A DNA stretch of 64,000 bases from Gracilinanus agilis (Eukaryota). The DNA is taken from contig NC_058136.1 of the NCBI RefSeq assembly GCF_016433145.1, positions 41,855,852 through 41,919,851 of the forward strand, written 5' to 3'. Below, one piece after another: positions 1 through 11,923 of this stretch (positions within the stretch are counted from its first letter, which is position 1; the number at the start of each line of letters is the position of its first letter). Under the pieces are notes generated by a model, which searched no databases, was not told the DNA's origin, and saw nothing but the letters and a program-made list of their open reading frames with translations. The position numbers and the translations under genes were made by a program.

Positions 1-357
1 AATGTAAGGGACTTCTGTACCAGCAGAAAGTAATGACACAGGACAGCTCTGAGGGATTTATGGTAAAGACGCTACCCACATTCAGAGGAAGGACTGCAGG
101 ATAGGAAACATATAAGAAAAACAATGGCTTGAACGAATGGGTGGAGGTGGACATGATTGGGGATGTGGACTCAAAACTACCACACCAATGCAACTATCAA
201 CAATTTGGAAATAGGTCTTGATCAATGACACATGTTAAAACCAGTGGAAATGTGCATCGCCCATGGGTGGGGGGAGTGCGGTGGGCAAAGGGGAAAGTAG
301 GAGCATGAATCATGTAACCATGTTAAAAATGAATATTAATAAATGTTTTAAAAAAAA
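1..357 (+). mobile_element. L1 (LINE-1) 3' UTR and poly(A) end, continuing left of the window
   Basis: Closely similar to the 3' UTR of the L1 at 22736-23053. AATAAA at 338-343 followed by an A tail. Confidence 0.9.
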
Positions 358-831
358 GTCAATTCTGACTTGAGATTATTCTTAATTGAGGATTGATAAT
401 AGTTTAATCCTTTGGCAACTGTCTTTTAATATATTGAACCCAAAAAACCCCTTTTTCCCCCTTACAAGTACTTAGCAATGCCTGTAGTCAGTTCCCCCAA
501 AAAGCCAATGGCAAACATTTGGTTGCTGTCTAGAGATGGTAGTACATGGCATGGACTTCAGGAAATGGAATTTGTCTGGGTGTTGCCAAGAGGCACATGT
601 GCTGATCAGGCCCTAGATGCTGGCCTTGTGAGTGGCAGACACTTACAAATGAGTTAACCCATTCACATTAATACAATGAAACAAGTCATAAAAGAAGAAT
701 TTCAACATAATTTTAGAGCTAATTTCACACCAATCATTTCTGAAAACATTTTAAAAGGTCAGAAGCAGTTACACAGCAAATATTTTAATTTTATTTCTAC
801 CAATGCATTGAAAGAGGAAGGAAAGCAGAAG

Positions 832-1015
832 GGAATGAGCATTTATTAAGCTCCTACTCCCAGTCAGGCTCAATGCTAAGGGATTTACAAACATTATCTT
901 AATTGATTATCACAACAATCCAGTGAGTGAAGTGCTATTATCATACCCATTTTATGGTTAAAGAAAGGAGGCAGATAGAGATTAAGTGACCGGCCCAAGG
1001 TCACAGAGCCAGGTG
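832..1015 (-). mobile_element. MIR/CORE-SINE remnant
   Basis: Reverse complement of MIR core and 3' end (attaagtgac...ccaaggtcacag; catttattaagc). Boundaries approximate. Confidence 0.7.
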
Positions 1016-1059
1016 CAATCAAATATAAACTTTTATTTATCTTTTTTATTTACTCTTTA

Positions 1060-2390
1060 CAGTCTGGCTTCTGACCTTACCCCCAACAGGATCTGATCTC
1101 TCCAAAGTTACCAATGGCCTCTTATCAGCCAAATATGATGGTCTCCTTTTAATGATCTTCCCTTGAGCTCTCTGCAATAGTGAATACTGTTGACCATTCT
1201 CTTCTTCCTAAATCCTTTCTCTTCTCTAGGCTTTTATATCACTTTTTTCTTTTGGTTCTCCTGTTTCTGAGTGTTCCTCCTCAGTCTCCTTTACTAGATC
1301 ATTATCCATACTGGGCCTGCTAACTGTGGATGTCCCCAGGGCTCTGGCCTGAAGCCTCATCTCTTTTCTCCTTATACTCTCTCTTAGTGACCTCACTAGC
1401 TCCCATGGACTGAAGAGGGTTCAATTCCCATTTCTATGTGAATGGTTCCTATCTCTATATATCCAGGCCCAGCCTCTCTCCTGAGCTCCAGTTCTGCATT
1501 ATCAACTGTCTACTGGGTATTTTGAACTGAATAACTTATAGGCATCTCAAATTCAACAAGTCTAAAATGGAATTTAATATCTTTCCCCCCAAAATCCCAC
1601 CCCTCTTCCTAGTTTCTCTGCTTCTGTTGATAGCATTGCCATCCTTTTAATCTGTGATTCCTTGTTCTCATTAACTTCCATATCCCATCAGTTATGCAGT
1701 TAATTCTACCACCCCAACATCTCCCATATCCATTCTATTCTCTCTACATATACAGGCACTACCCTGGTTCAGGGCGACCTCACCACTGGCTTGGACTTTG
1801 GCTCCTCCCTTCATTCCTACCCCCCTCTCCAATTTATCCTCCACTGGCCTCCAAAGTGACTTTCCTAAAGCCCAAGATTGAGTATATCATTCCCCTGCTC
1901 AAACTCCAGGGGCTCCCTACTGCCTCTAGAAATTCCTGTCTTGGGCACTGGAAGCCCTTTATCACCCAGCTCCAACCTCCCTTTCTAGCCCTTTTAGGCA
2001 CTCCTCCCTTTCTCAAACTCTTTTGTCTAACCTAGACTTCTTGCTATTTCTCACGCACAAAATTCCATGCCATCGTACTGATCCTGCTCCATGCACAAAA
2101 TGTACTTTCTCCTTACCTTTGACTCTTGGAATCCTTTATTTCCTTCAAAACTCAGCTCGAGTAGCATCTTCGATATACATGAAGCCTCTTTTTTCCTGAT
2201 CCTCTCCCATCCCATTCCAAAGCATACTAGAAAAGGGCCTTTCTCATTGTCCTCCATCTTTCAATGACCCTGTATAGCAGATGCACTTACACATCTCTCC
2301 ACACAAAATGAAGGTACACTCAAGGACAGTAACTGGTTTCAATATCTCCAGTGCCTAGCACATAAAGTGCATTCAATAACTGAATGATTC
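1060..2390 (+). mobile_element. L2 LINE remnant (RT region to 3' end)
   Basis: Degenerate LDLSAAFDTVDH-type stretch (ccttgagctctctgcaatagtgaatactgttgaccattc), pyrimidine-rich L2 body and L2 3' end (cagtgcctagcacata...aataactgaatg). Boundaries approximate. Confidence 0.75.
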
Positions 2391-3083
2391 ATTCTGGGGA
2401 AATGGAGGTATACTGTTCCCCATAAATAAGACTTCCAAATAACTGAGGCTTAAAGGATACCTTTAATGCCATTTTGTCTTTCTTGTTAAAATTGGTAGCA
2501 CTGCAAGTAGCGATTGTTTCATTTCTTTTCTTTGCATCCACAGTACCTGACACATAGTAGGCACTTAATAAATGCTAGCTGACTAGTAGCTTAAGTTGGT
2601 TTCAAAAGGCTGAAAATTATTTTTAATAAATGTCTCTCTTAACATACTACCCACCACCTGCCCTGCCTTCTCAGGAGGACTAATTTGAGAATGCTAATTT
2701 AACCTTGCTTTTGTGCTCAAAAGGTTTGCTATGATCTTTAGTTGGTGTGTTTCTGGAGTTCCTGTGTGGCTTTAATATGATATTTTTTTATTTGAGGTCA
2801 CTTAGTACTGAGATAAACCCAATCCTCCATAAACCCAGTCCTCTTCTATCTCTGCTACAATTACCTGCCTACTTTAGGAAGTTCCAAAAGGAATATCAAG
2901 AAGCCAGGAGGTTAAAAATAGGATCATTTCCTAGGTTTTATGCTATTTTGTTATGCAACAGTCTGGTTGGGTTAGTTCAATTCTTAACATCTGTGATATG
3001 GGACTCGAAAGCCACATTTGCAATCACAATATTTCAGAAGTGAAAGAGAAACAACAAGAATACCGTCTAGAATATACCCAACG

Positions 3084-3278
3084 GGGGCAGCTGGATAGCT
3101 CAGTGGATTGTGAACCAGGCCTAGAGATGGGAGGTCGTAGGTTCAAATATGGCCTCAGATACTTCCCTGTGTCCCTGGACAATCACTTGACCTCCATTGC
3201 CTACCCTTTACCACTCTTCTGCCTTGGAACCAATACATAGTATTGATTCTAAGACAGAAGGTAAGGGTTTTAAAAAAA
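3084..3278 (+). mobile_element. SINE1_Mdo-like tRNA-derived SINE
   Basis: GGGGCAGCTGGATAGCTCAGTGG head (A box), GGTTCAAAT B box, A tail. TSD GAATATACCCAA (3070-3081) / GAACATACCCAA (3281-3292). Confidence 0.9.
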
Positions 3279-3446
3279 TGGAACATACCCAATGAAGGGT
3301 AACCTAACCTTAGCTTAAAGATCTCTGGTGAGGGAAAACTCACCACCTCCTGAGGCTGCCCAGACCACTGTGGGGCAACTCTCATTTCTACCGAGTTTGT
3401 CCTGACTGAAAACCTCCTTCTAGTCAGAATGGGACAGAAGGCAGGA

Positions 3447-3595
3447 NNNNNNNNNNNNNNNNNNNNNNNNNNNNNNNNNNNNNNNNNNNNNNNNNNNNNN
3501 NNNNNNNNNNNNNNNNNNNNNNNNNNNNNNNNNNNNNNNNNNNNNNNNNNNNNNNNNNNNNNNNNNNNNNNNNNNNNNNNNNNNNNNNNNNNNNN
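3447..3595. other. Assembly gap (149 N)
   Basis: Run of N. Confidence 0.99.
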
Positions 3596-3750
3596 CTGCT
3601 TTTCTGCAACTTCCATCTATTGCTTCTAGTTGTACCATTGGAGGCCATGCAGAATAAGGGTGATTGCTCTTCCGTGGGCCAGCAGAGCAGCCTTTCCACT
3701 AGGCTAAAATCATCACATAGAAACAACTGATATTTACGAACATTCTATAG

Positions 3751-3957
3751 CAGGGGTCGGCAACCTTTTTGGCCGTGAGAGCCATAAACGCCACATTTTT
3801 TAAAATGTAATTTCGTGAGAGCCGTACAGTGCTCACAGTGCGGCTCCTGTAACAGTGCCTGAAAAAAAAATGGGCTTTATGGCTCCTGCAGAAAGAGCCG
3901 TATCTGGCCCTCAAAAGAGCCAGATATGGCTCGAGAGCCATACATTGCCGACCCTTG
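3751..3957. mobile_element. hAT (Charlie/Buster-type) MITE, family 1, copy A
   Basis: TIRs CAGGGGTCGGCAAC / ATTGCCGACCCTTG. Exact 8-bp TSD TTCTATAG on both sides. 207 bp, non-coding. Confidence 0.92.
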
Positions 3958-4450
3958 TTCTATAGGAAAGCTGCCTAATACGTTCATCTTTTCCTCCCTT
4001 TCTCTCCCCTTCTCCTTCCCTTCTTCCCACTCCCTTTCCCAACTCCCTCTGTCTCTCTCTCTCTCTGTCCAGTACTGTTGGATATTACTTGTTAGTTATT
4101 AAACCAGAATGCTTCTGAGGCAGATTCACTGGTTAAAAGCTTACACAGGCCCTGAGCACTCTTTGACTGTGTATACCCTCTTGTGAGGCCTTTGCCTATA
4201 TGTAGTTCACTATCAATTCAAACCTATATCAGACACTTAGAAGGAAATGCTTTGGGAGGTAAGTCACAGGAAATTAGTTGTGTCCTTAAGAAAGGAAATG
4301 GTGAAAAGAACTTCTCAGTTCAATAATACTAACAGGGTCTCACAAATGAGTGAAGGAACTCTAGGAGCCCACAGGTTTTTCAGAGGTACACAAAAGGGGA
4401 AGCAGCTGTACTCAGAATTGCCACCATGAATAGCCTACCATTCTCTAGTG

Positions 4451-4858
4451 CAGGGGTCGGCAACGTATGGCTCTCGAGCCATATCTGGCTCTTTTGAGGG
4501 CCAGATATGGCTCTTTCTTTTTTTTTTTTTTAAACCCTTGTACTTCGGTGTATTGTCTCATAGGTGGAAGATTGGTAAAGGTGGGCAATGGGGGTCAAGT
4601 GACTTGCCCAGGGTCACACAGCTGGGAAGTGTCTGAGGCCGGGTTTGAACCTAGGACCTCCTGTCTCTAGGCCTCTCACTCCACTGAGCTACCCAGCTGC
4701 CCCCAGATATAGCTCTTTCTGCAGGAGCCATAAAGTCCAATTTTTTTCAGGCGCTGTTACAGGAGCCGCACTGTGAGCACTGTACAACTCTCACGAAATG
4801 ACATTTTAAAAAATGTGGCGTTTATGGCTCTCACAGCCAAAAAGGTTGCCGACCCCTG
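4451..4858. mobile_element. hAT MITE family 1, copy B (opposite orientation to A), interrupted by a SINE
   Basis: TIRs CAGGGGTCGGCAAC / GTTGCCGACCCCTG. Exact TSD CTCTAGTG. Confidence 0.92.
4518..4703 (-). mobile_element. Young SINE1_Mdo-like SINE nested in MITE copy B
   Basis: Reverse-complement SINE with T-run tail. 16-bp TSD CAGATATGGCTCTTTC (4502-4517) / CAGATATAGCTCTTTC (4704-4719) derived from MITE sequence. Confidence 0.92.
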
Positions 4859-5728
4859 CTCTAGTGTGATGAGCTGTTTTTTAAAGTCTCCACAAAAACA
4901 CTTGGCAATCTAATGGCCTGGACCCTGGAGGACTATACTAATGTGAATGGATGAACTAACATGGAGGATGCAGACTTACCTTCTTAACACACCAGCTACA
5001 TCTAAAAAACTCAATTACCCATTCAAATAGTTGTGTTTGCACAATTAAATACTCAAGTAGTTCGCAGCAAGGATTTGCAGTTATCAGTATGCCTGAATGT
5101 ACGTCTCAAAATGGGGAGGCAGGGTAGGAGGAGGAGGAAAAGACAGAACACTAAGAGGAGCTGACATTTACATAGGACTTCAAATGCTCTAAAGGCACTT
5201 TGCAAAGTGTCACTCCATACATTACCTGTTCGGTAGGGCTGGGAGAGGAGAGGGATGAGGACTGTTTGTGTACTGAAGAGTAGTCATGTGAGAGCAGAAG
5301 ACTTTTGCTACTTGGCCCCTGAAGAAAGCAAGGAGTGGGAATGGCCAAGAAAGTGATTTTGGTCATTAGGAAAAAATTCTCCACTAATTAAGGGCTCTCC
5401 AAAAGTGGAAAAAGCTGTCTTGGGCAGTACTGAGTTGCCTATCACAGGAGATCCTCAAGGGATGAGGGAGAGAACATTTTCCAAGGATGTTGTGGAATGC
5501 ATTCAGGCTCAAGTCCAGGCAGCTTGGAGAGGACAACCTCCAAGGTCCCTTCCAACTCTGAGATCCCATTATTCTATGATTTTAAACATATACCTTTGGG
5601 AGAATTCTTGGTTCTTGGGGGCAACAGAAAGAAAGAGTAAAATGATTATAGCTTAAAGAGTAACAATCATATGCTGATTTTTAAAATAAAAGATAAAGAA
5701 ATGTTTGTCTTTCAATTACTGCTCATAC

Positions 5729-5850
5729 CTGGCATAACAAATGACTTCTACATGTTGGATGGTCTGGTCTTTCTTACGAAGAGCAATGGCTTCTTCTGTT
5801 TCCAGTATCAGCTCTTGCCAAGCTGCCCACTCTTCCTTATCACGCTTTTC
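5729..5850 (-). CDS. CHM: CHM coding exon 4
   Basis: cattgttcag| acceptor and |gtatga donor. 122 nt (human 125), same phase. Encodes [40 protein letters not shown](S), matching human ...[23 protein letters not shown]. Confidence 0.93.
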
Positions 5851-7432
5851 CTGAACAATGCACAGATGAAGGATTCCAATTCATTTCCATTCAGATGGAA
5901 CAAGCCAAATGGGTACTCAGAGAATGAACTATTTTTTAATTTCAAGTTTTTCAATTTCTAGAAGTAAGCACCCAGTCCCATCATTTCTCAGAAGCATATC
6001 ATAAGACAGACAGACAGACAGACATGGACACGGACACACACACATTCACACTTTCACTAAAATTGAATTCACTTCTGACAAATTCAAAACAAAGGAATTA
6101 TTAAAGCCATAATCTGTGGATAGAAACAATACAACTTGTTTGGCCTGACGTAGGTCCATCACTGACAACTATCAGTGTACATCTGCTCTTAATTACAGAG
6201 AATAAGTAAGCAAATAATACATTCACATTCAACAAACATTGGCTTGGAAATGTTTATACATGACAGGTGTGGCCAATTTAATTAGAGGAGATATATACAA
6301 TACATGATATATAAGTATGCGTGTATATATACACACACTGTATATTAAAATAGTCTAGAATGAAAACAGAAGAGAAAACAAACAAGACAGTTTGAGAAAC
6401 TAGAAATTAGCTCTGGATTTCAACTTTTGAATGCTGGTCATGTGATAGATTAACTGGTATATACCAAGAGAAATTACTTTGAATAGCATAAATGCAAAAG
6501 AGAGTTATCTGAGTATATCAAGTATTGTAATACCTAATTCCAAATCATTTTATAATCTAAAGGTTAACCAATAGAGAAACACATCTCACACCTGACTTAT
6601 AGGAATTTTCTCAGCAATAGTTCAAAAAGCATCATATATTTTTAAGGATTTAGTATTTAAATATAACACTTCATAGGGCTGCTACAAATGTATTTCATTG
6701 TCAAAACTCTTTTAAAAGGTATTCCTTATGAGATCTTCAAAGAACATGAATTCAAACAATTGAGACACAAGAAAGCACTGACTGAATGGTTCAATGCTGA
6801 TGAATCTGTGAGAATTAGTATTTTGGAATAATGGACAAGATTTCCTAAGCTAAAATCCAAAAGACTGAAACCTGTAAATCAATCATTTCTGTAGCCAACA
6901 AATTTCTTTTGTAGAATGCTGAATTACAGAATCGAGGAAGCAGGGATCTAATTCATAATATAGAATCTGAAACTATGAACTTCAGGAATGTCGGGACTAG
7001 TCAATTCTATACTAGATGGCAGCCAGTCCTAGTGAAGTGTATCATTACAACCTATTTAGACACTGGAAACTCTCACAAAAGGTCAAAGACTATATTAAGA
7101 GAACTCTTAGCATGGAGTCATAGGATTCTTCAAACAGAAGAAAAATAATGATGGTCCAGGGAATTAAGGCAAATATGTCAACAAAACCAAAATTCTAGAA
7201 TCAAAGTAGAATTTTCAAGTTCTAAAACTGCTATAAAAGTCTTCTTACATTCAACAAACTCAACATGTTATGGTTCTGGTTATCACAATCTCTTCCTTCC
7301 TCAGCAAAGCTTTCAATTCAGACTGTTGAGGGATCCTTTTTCCTGAGTGATTTCAACTTGACCGTGGAAGAAAGTGGGATGATGAGTCTTGTTTTTAAAG
7401 AAAATGACTTTATGGCCAGCACACCTATTCTA

Positions 7433-7744
<312 letters not shown>

Positions 7745-10700
7745 TCAGGAAATGCTCAAAGCAATTTACTCATCTCAATAAATTAAACAGCTGTGAGTGC
7801 AGGAGGCGCCACCAAGTCCACTAGGCTTTGGAAACTCCTTTTGAAGCCCTTTACTTCCTGAGAGCGGGGTTTAATGGCTTGTTAAAGCAACTGGCAAACC
7901 TGTGAAACTCGAGGACCAAAGATATAGATAGAGCCAAGGCCTTGGATAATCTGCGCATAATGAATCCTAGGATTAGGGCTAGAGGAGATGCTAAGGAATA
8001 TCTAGTCTATCATTTTCTTTTTACAGAAGAGAAAACCGACAATCCGAGAAACCAAGAGATTTGCCTGCGGTCACAGAACCATTAAGTAGCAGAAGAAAAT
8101 TCAAACCTCAGTCTTCACTAACTAAAATTCTTTTTGTACTAACAGCCTGGGTTTCTTCCACTGGTGAGCTTCCCTAAGTTGGAGGCCAGTGCCCTGGTAC
8201 CCATCCATGAAATAAACTGATAGCTACAGATGCAGGGAAATCTTTTTCTTTTTAATTTTTCAGTTCTTACTCCCAGCACTCCCCCACCATACTTCATCCC
8301 CAACCCTGTCTCTTCTCAGGTCTATCTCTACTAGACTCTCCCACCCTCTCCCCCTTCCCCTTCCAGTGTCCTGGACCCAAAAGAGCCAAGTCGACGCAAG
8401 GACTGTATCAGAGAATAGGGTTAGGAGAAAGTGTATGGCAAAGTCCTGGGCTGCTCTGACCCCCAGCACGGCTCGACTTCATTGATTATTTTCTCCCACT
8501 TTCCCAAAGCATCACTTTGGTGGGCTTGAGCACAATTCATTAAAAATCACTGTTATTCAAGCTTTGCCCTAAGGTTCCTTCTGTTTAATGTACAACCCGT
8601 TGCCCAGAACCCACAAGAGCACTTCCTGGCATTTTTCCTGAGGATTCCAGCTATCACAGCAATTGCACACATCCACAGTCTCAGCTAAAAGGTTGGAATT
8701 TGAGGAACTTGGAATCTTTGGTCCCTTAGGTTAGAGATCAGCTAGGGGAAGGAGAGAAGGGGGAGAACAGGGATCCTGGGGCTTCCCTTCCTCTACTAAG
8801 AAACATAGACCACCAACCACTACATTATACCAGGCAAACTTGGCAAACAGGCTGGTGACTTCAATTAAAAAAAGCTTTAGCATAAAACAAAGACACTAAA
8901 CTAAGCTTTCTTTTTGAGGAGGCCAACTTCAAGTCCTCAATAAATACTTTCAGCTAACATTGCAAAGACTCACAATCAAAGTGAAAGACATTTTATATAC
9001 AAATGGAAATGGTCCCAGGCCATCTAACAGGAATTCTGAAATCTTGACTTGCATATGAATTTCCACTACACTTTGGAAAGACTACTAGAATCACTAAACT
9101 AGAGCTCTAATTGCAACTTTACCCTAGCCCTGGGCCAGTTCTAGTGTTCTATGGACTACTTAAAGGATGAAAGAAATGGATTGGGATAGGGACTGAACCT
9201 CTAATTCACTGGTGTACAACATGCCCTCCAGCAAACTCTCACTTCAGAGCCAGAAGCAAATTAAAATGTAACTGGGAACCATTTAGCAAGATAAAAATAC
9301 AATAAAGCATAGATAATATTAATTTGTGGTTTTCTAATTCAATATGCAGCCCTCAGGGATCTGTTGCTATTTGAGTTTGACTCCACTGGCCTAGAGCACT
9401 TTACAGTTAAGTGACTTGCTCTGGGCCACATAGGTAGTACAGGTCAGAATCAGAACTGGAACCCCAGTCTTTTTGGCTTCAGGGTCACCTCGGAGTATAA
9501 GAACAAGTGAGACCGTGCCATCTCAGAAAGAAATGACAATGTCACTATCTGGTCCAAATCTATTCTTCATGTCCCCCCACCCCCATATTCAGTCATAGAG
9601 CTTTGACAGAGCTAATTAGTCCTAATATTTTTCCATCCATGTCTCATTTTTAACTTTTCCTGTTGATGTGCTCTTAACATCACCATCTGGTGATCTCATC
9701 CAATTATGTATGTAAAAGGTGAAGCATGGCTTTCATTAGTCTAGTCTCTCTGACAAAAGAGGGCAACATAATACCAGTAAACTAGCTATGTGAGTCTAAA
9801 AAGATTTCAATGAAATTAGCTGCAGTATTCCCATGATTCTAAGTGAGACTGAAGCCGTTTTTCAGGACATTTCAATATCTGCTAATACAAAAACTACAGA
9901 TGGAATGTTTAACATTAAAAACCAGCCTAGATCACATGTAAAAAAGAAAAAAACAAAAATGCGTTTCAATTTTGCCTAAATTTATAGGAAGATTTTGCAA
10001 ATTTGATATTCAAATTCAGTTTCTAAAATGTGATTTCCTCTGGCTTTAGGACTGCTGTAAAACTTCTCAAAAAGGTTAGGTTACTGATTTTAAACATCCA
10101 CAGGCAATTTATTTTAAGGACAAAGTGAGAATTTCCTGACTTCATGAAAAAGGGAAAAAGGGTATGGGAAACTTCCTGCCAATTTTGTGTCATAACTGCC
10201 TCCTCACTTCAACTCAAGAAAGAAGCTGCTCATGATGAGGGATGGAGTTTGTTATCATTACCAGGAAATAGTTGGAGAAAGACTTCATTCCAAGCATTCT
10301 GGCTCTCTGCAGTACCAAAGGACAGCTACTCAATGTTTTCAGTCAGTCCATGAAACATTCGAGACTGTTCTAAGTTATCTAATTTTTCACTCCTGAAAAA
10401 TCTCTTCTTGAAATTATCAACACACCATGGGGCACTTTTCATTCTCCACAGCAGAAAATATTTTGAAGTTCAATGACTAAAATAAGTCCCTGGCTTCCTT
10501 GTTAAGTAGAATCTATACTTTATTACTGAAGAAAAGAGGATTTCGTTTTTCTAATCTCACAATGGTATCATTAGGATGCCTGCTCATTTTTTCCCCTAAG
10601 ACACGGTAAGAATATGAGTTACAAAGCTGATTTCATTAACCCCTGTAAAGCTATAGAAAAAAAAAAGAAATCAATAAACTTTCAAACTCTTCTTTAACCT

Positions 10701-11558
10701 TTACATATTCTGATACTGAACCTTCTGCAAAAATTTATAAATTGTTAGCATATTCCCATAATAAACTACCTAGAGCAAATGCAAGTAATTCCTGTTCATA
10801 AGTACAAGAGTCCTAATGAAAGAACTGCTAACATTCTTGAGGAATTCGCATAAGAAATGCTTTAATGACTCAGATGTCCAGGGGTTAAAAATGTTTTCAG
10901 GCAGAGAACTGCAGGGAGTCAAGCTTAGCTGGCTGAGTACAAAATGGACATCATCCATCCCTAGGGCCTGGCTCTGCCACTGTCTTCCCCATAGAAACAT
11001 GACTACTAATGCCACATTATATATTTCAAGCAGTTCTATGAGTGACAAACATTTACTTGGTGCCTACTGTGTGCAATGCCACAACTCAAGGCAAAGAGGA
11101 CATAAAGACAAAAGGCAATAGGCCCAAGGAGTTTATATGATAATGATGGAAAAGAACAAATATACAGATAAGTAAACGAAGTATCCACAAGGTTAATACA
11201 AGCTAATTACTTCCATAGATTTGATTCTCACCAATAGACAAGCATTATCTCGCTTTACTAAGATGAAATTAAGGGCCAAGAGACAAAACTGAAACAAAGG
11301 TCATCGCTAGGAAGGGGCAAAAATGACTTTTTCCAAATTAATATTGTGCCTGTGCTATGGAACTCTGCACTTCTCCAGCTCTTGAGAGAGGGCTGACACT
11401 TCATTGGGAGTCAGGCACCTAGCTAGCATGATTAATATGATGGCACCTATGGCCCTAAATAAGTAATTCATATACTAGGAACAACTCAGACACTAGAAAT
11501 TCTGAGTTCTAGACCAATGGTCTTCAAAGTGGAGGCCAGGGCCTGACCCTAAGGGGCA

Positions 11559-11923
11559 TGTGATCAACCAGTCATGGGGTAGGAAGAAGGGTCACATCTC
11601 ACCCTTCCTGCAAAAGCCAATCAGCCAATTTATCTCAAGCAAACCATGCTTAGGCACATCCCTGCCAACTCTCAAATTCACTCAGGTACAGCCCTCCACC
11701 ATGAGCTCTCCCTTCTGGGCCAAGTTTTGGCCCCTCGGAGCAATTATAACTTGAAGACACTTGGGCACCCATTGCAGCAGGTACCATTGGGAAGATTCTC
11801 TGCCTTTAGGCTATACCCTTCTCCCTCCCTTCTCACATATATGTCCTCTGTCCCAGGAATCACCTTCAGAGCAGCAGATGCTTTGGACAGCAGCTAGTGA
11901 ATAAAAGCTTGTTTGATCTTCCA
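11559..11923 (+). mobile_element. Possible solo LTR
   Basis: TG...CA-bounded ~365-bp unit with CCAAT-like motifs, a TATAA-like site and AATAAA near the 3' end. No TSD confirmed. Confidence 0.3.

Noticed and set aside
3084-3160. tRNA genes at SINE heads
   Set aside because: A and B boxes are followed by SINE body, A tail and TSD. These are tRNA-derived SINEs, not tRNA genes.
3699-4670. Recurring ORFs beginning MALEPYLALL / MQGSATYGS (also at 38124-38582)
   Set aside because: Chance translations of the non-coding family 1 MITE. They recur because the repeat recurs; there are no transposase motifs.
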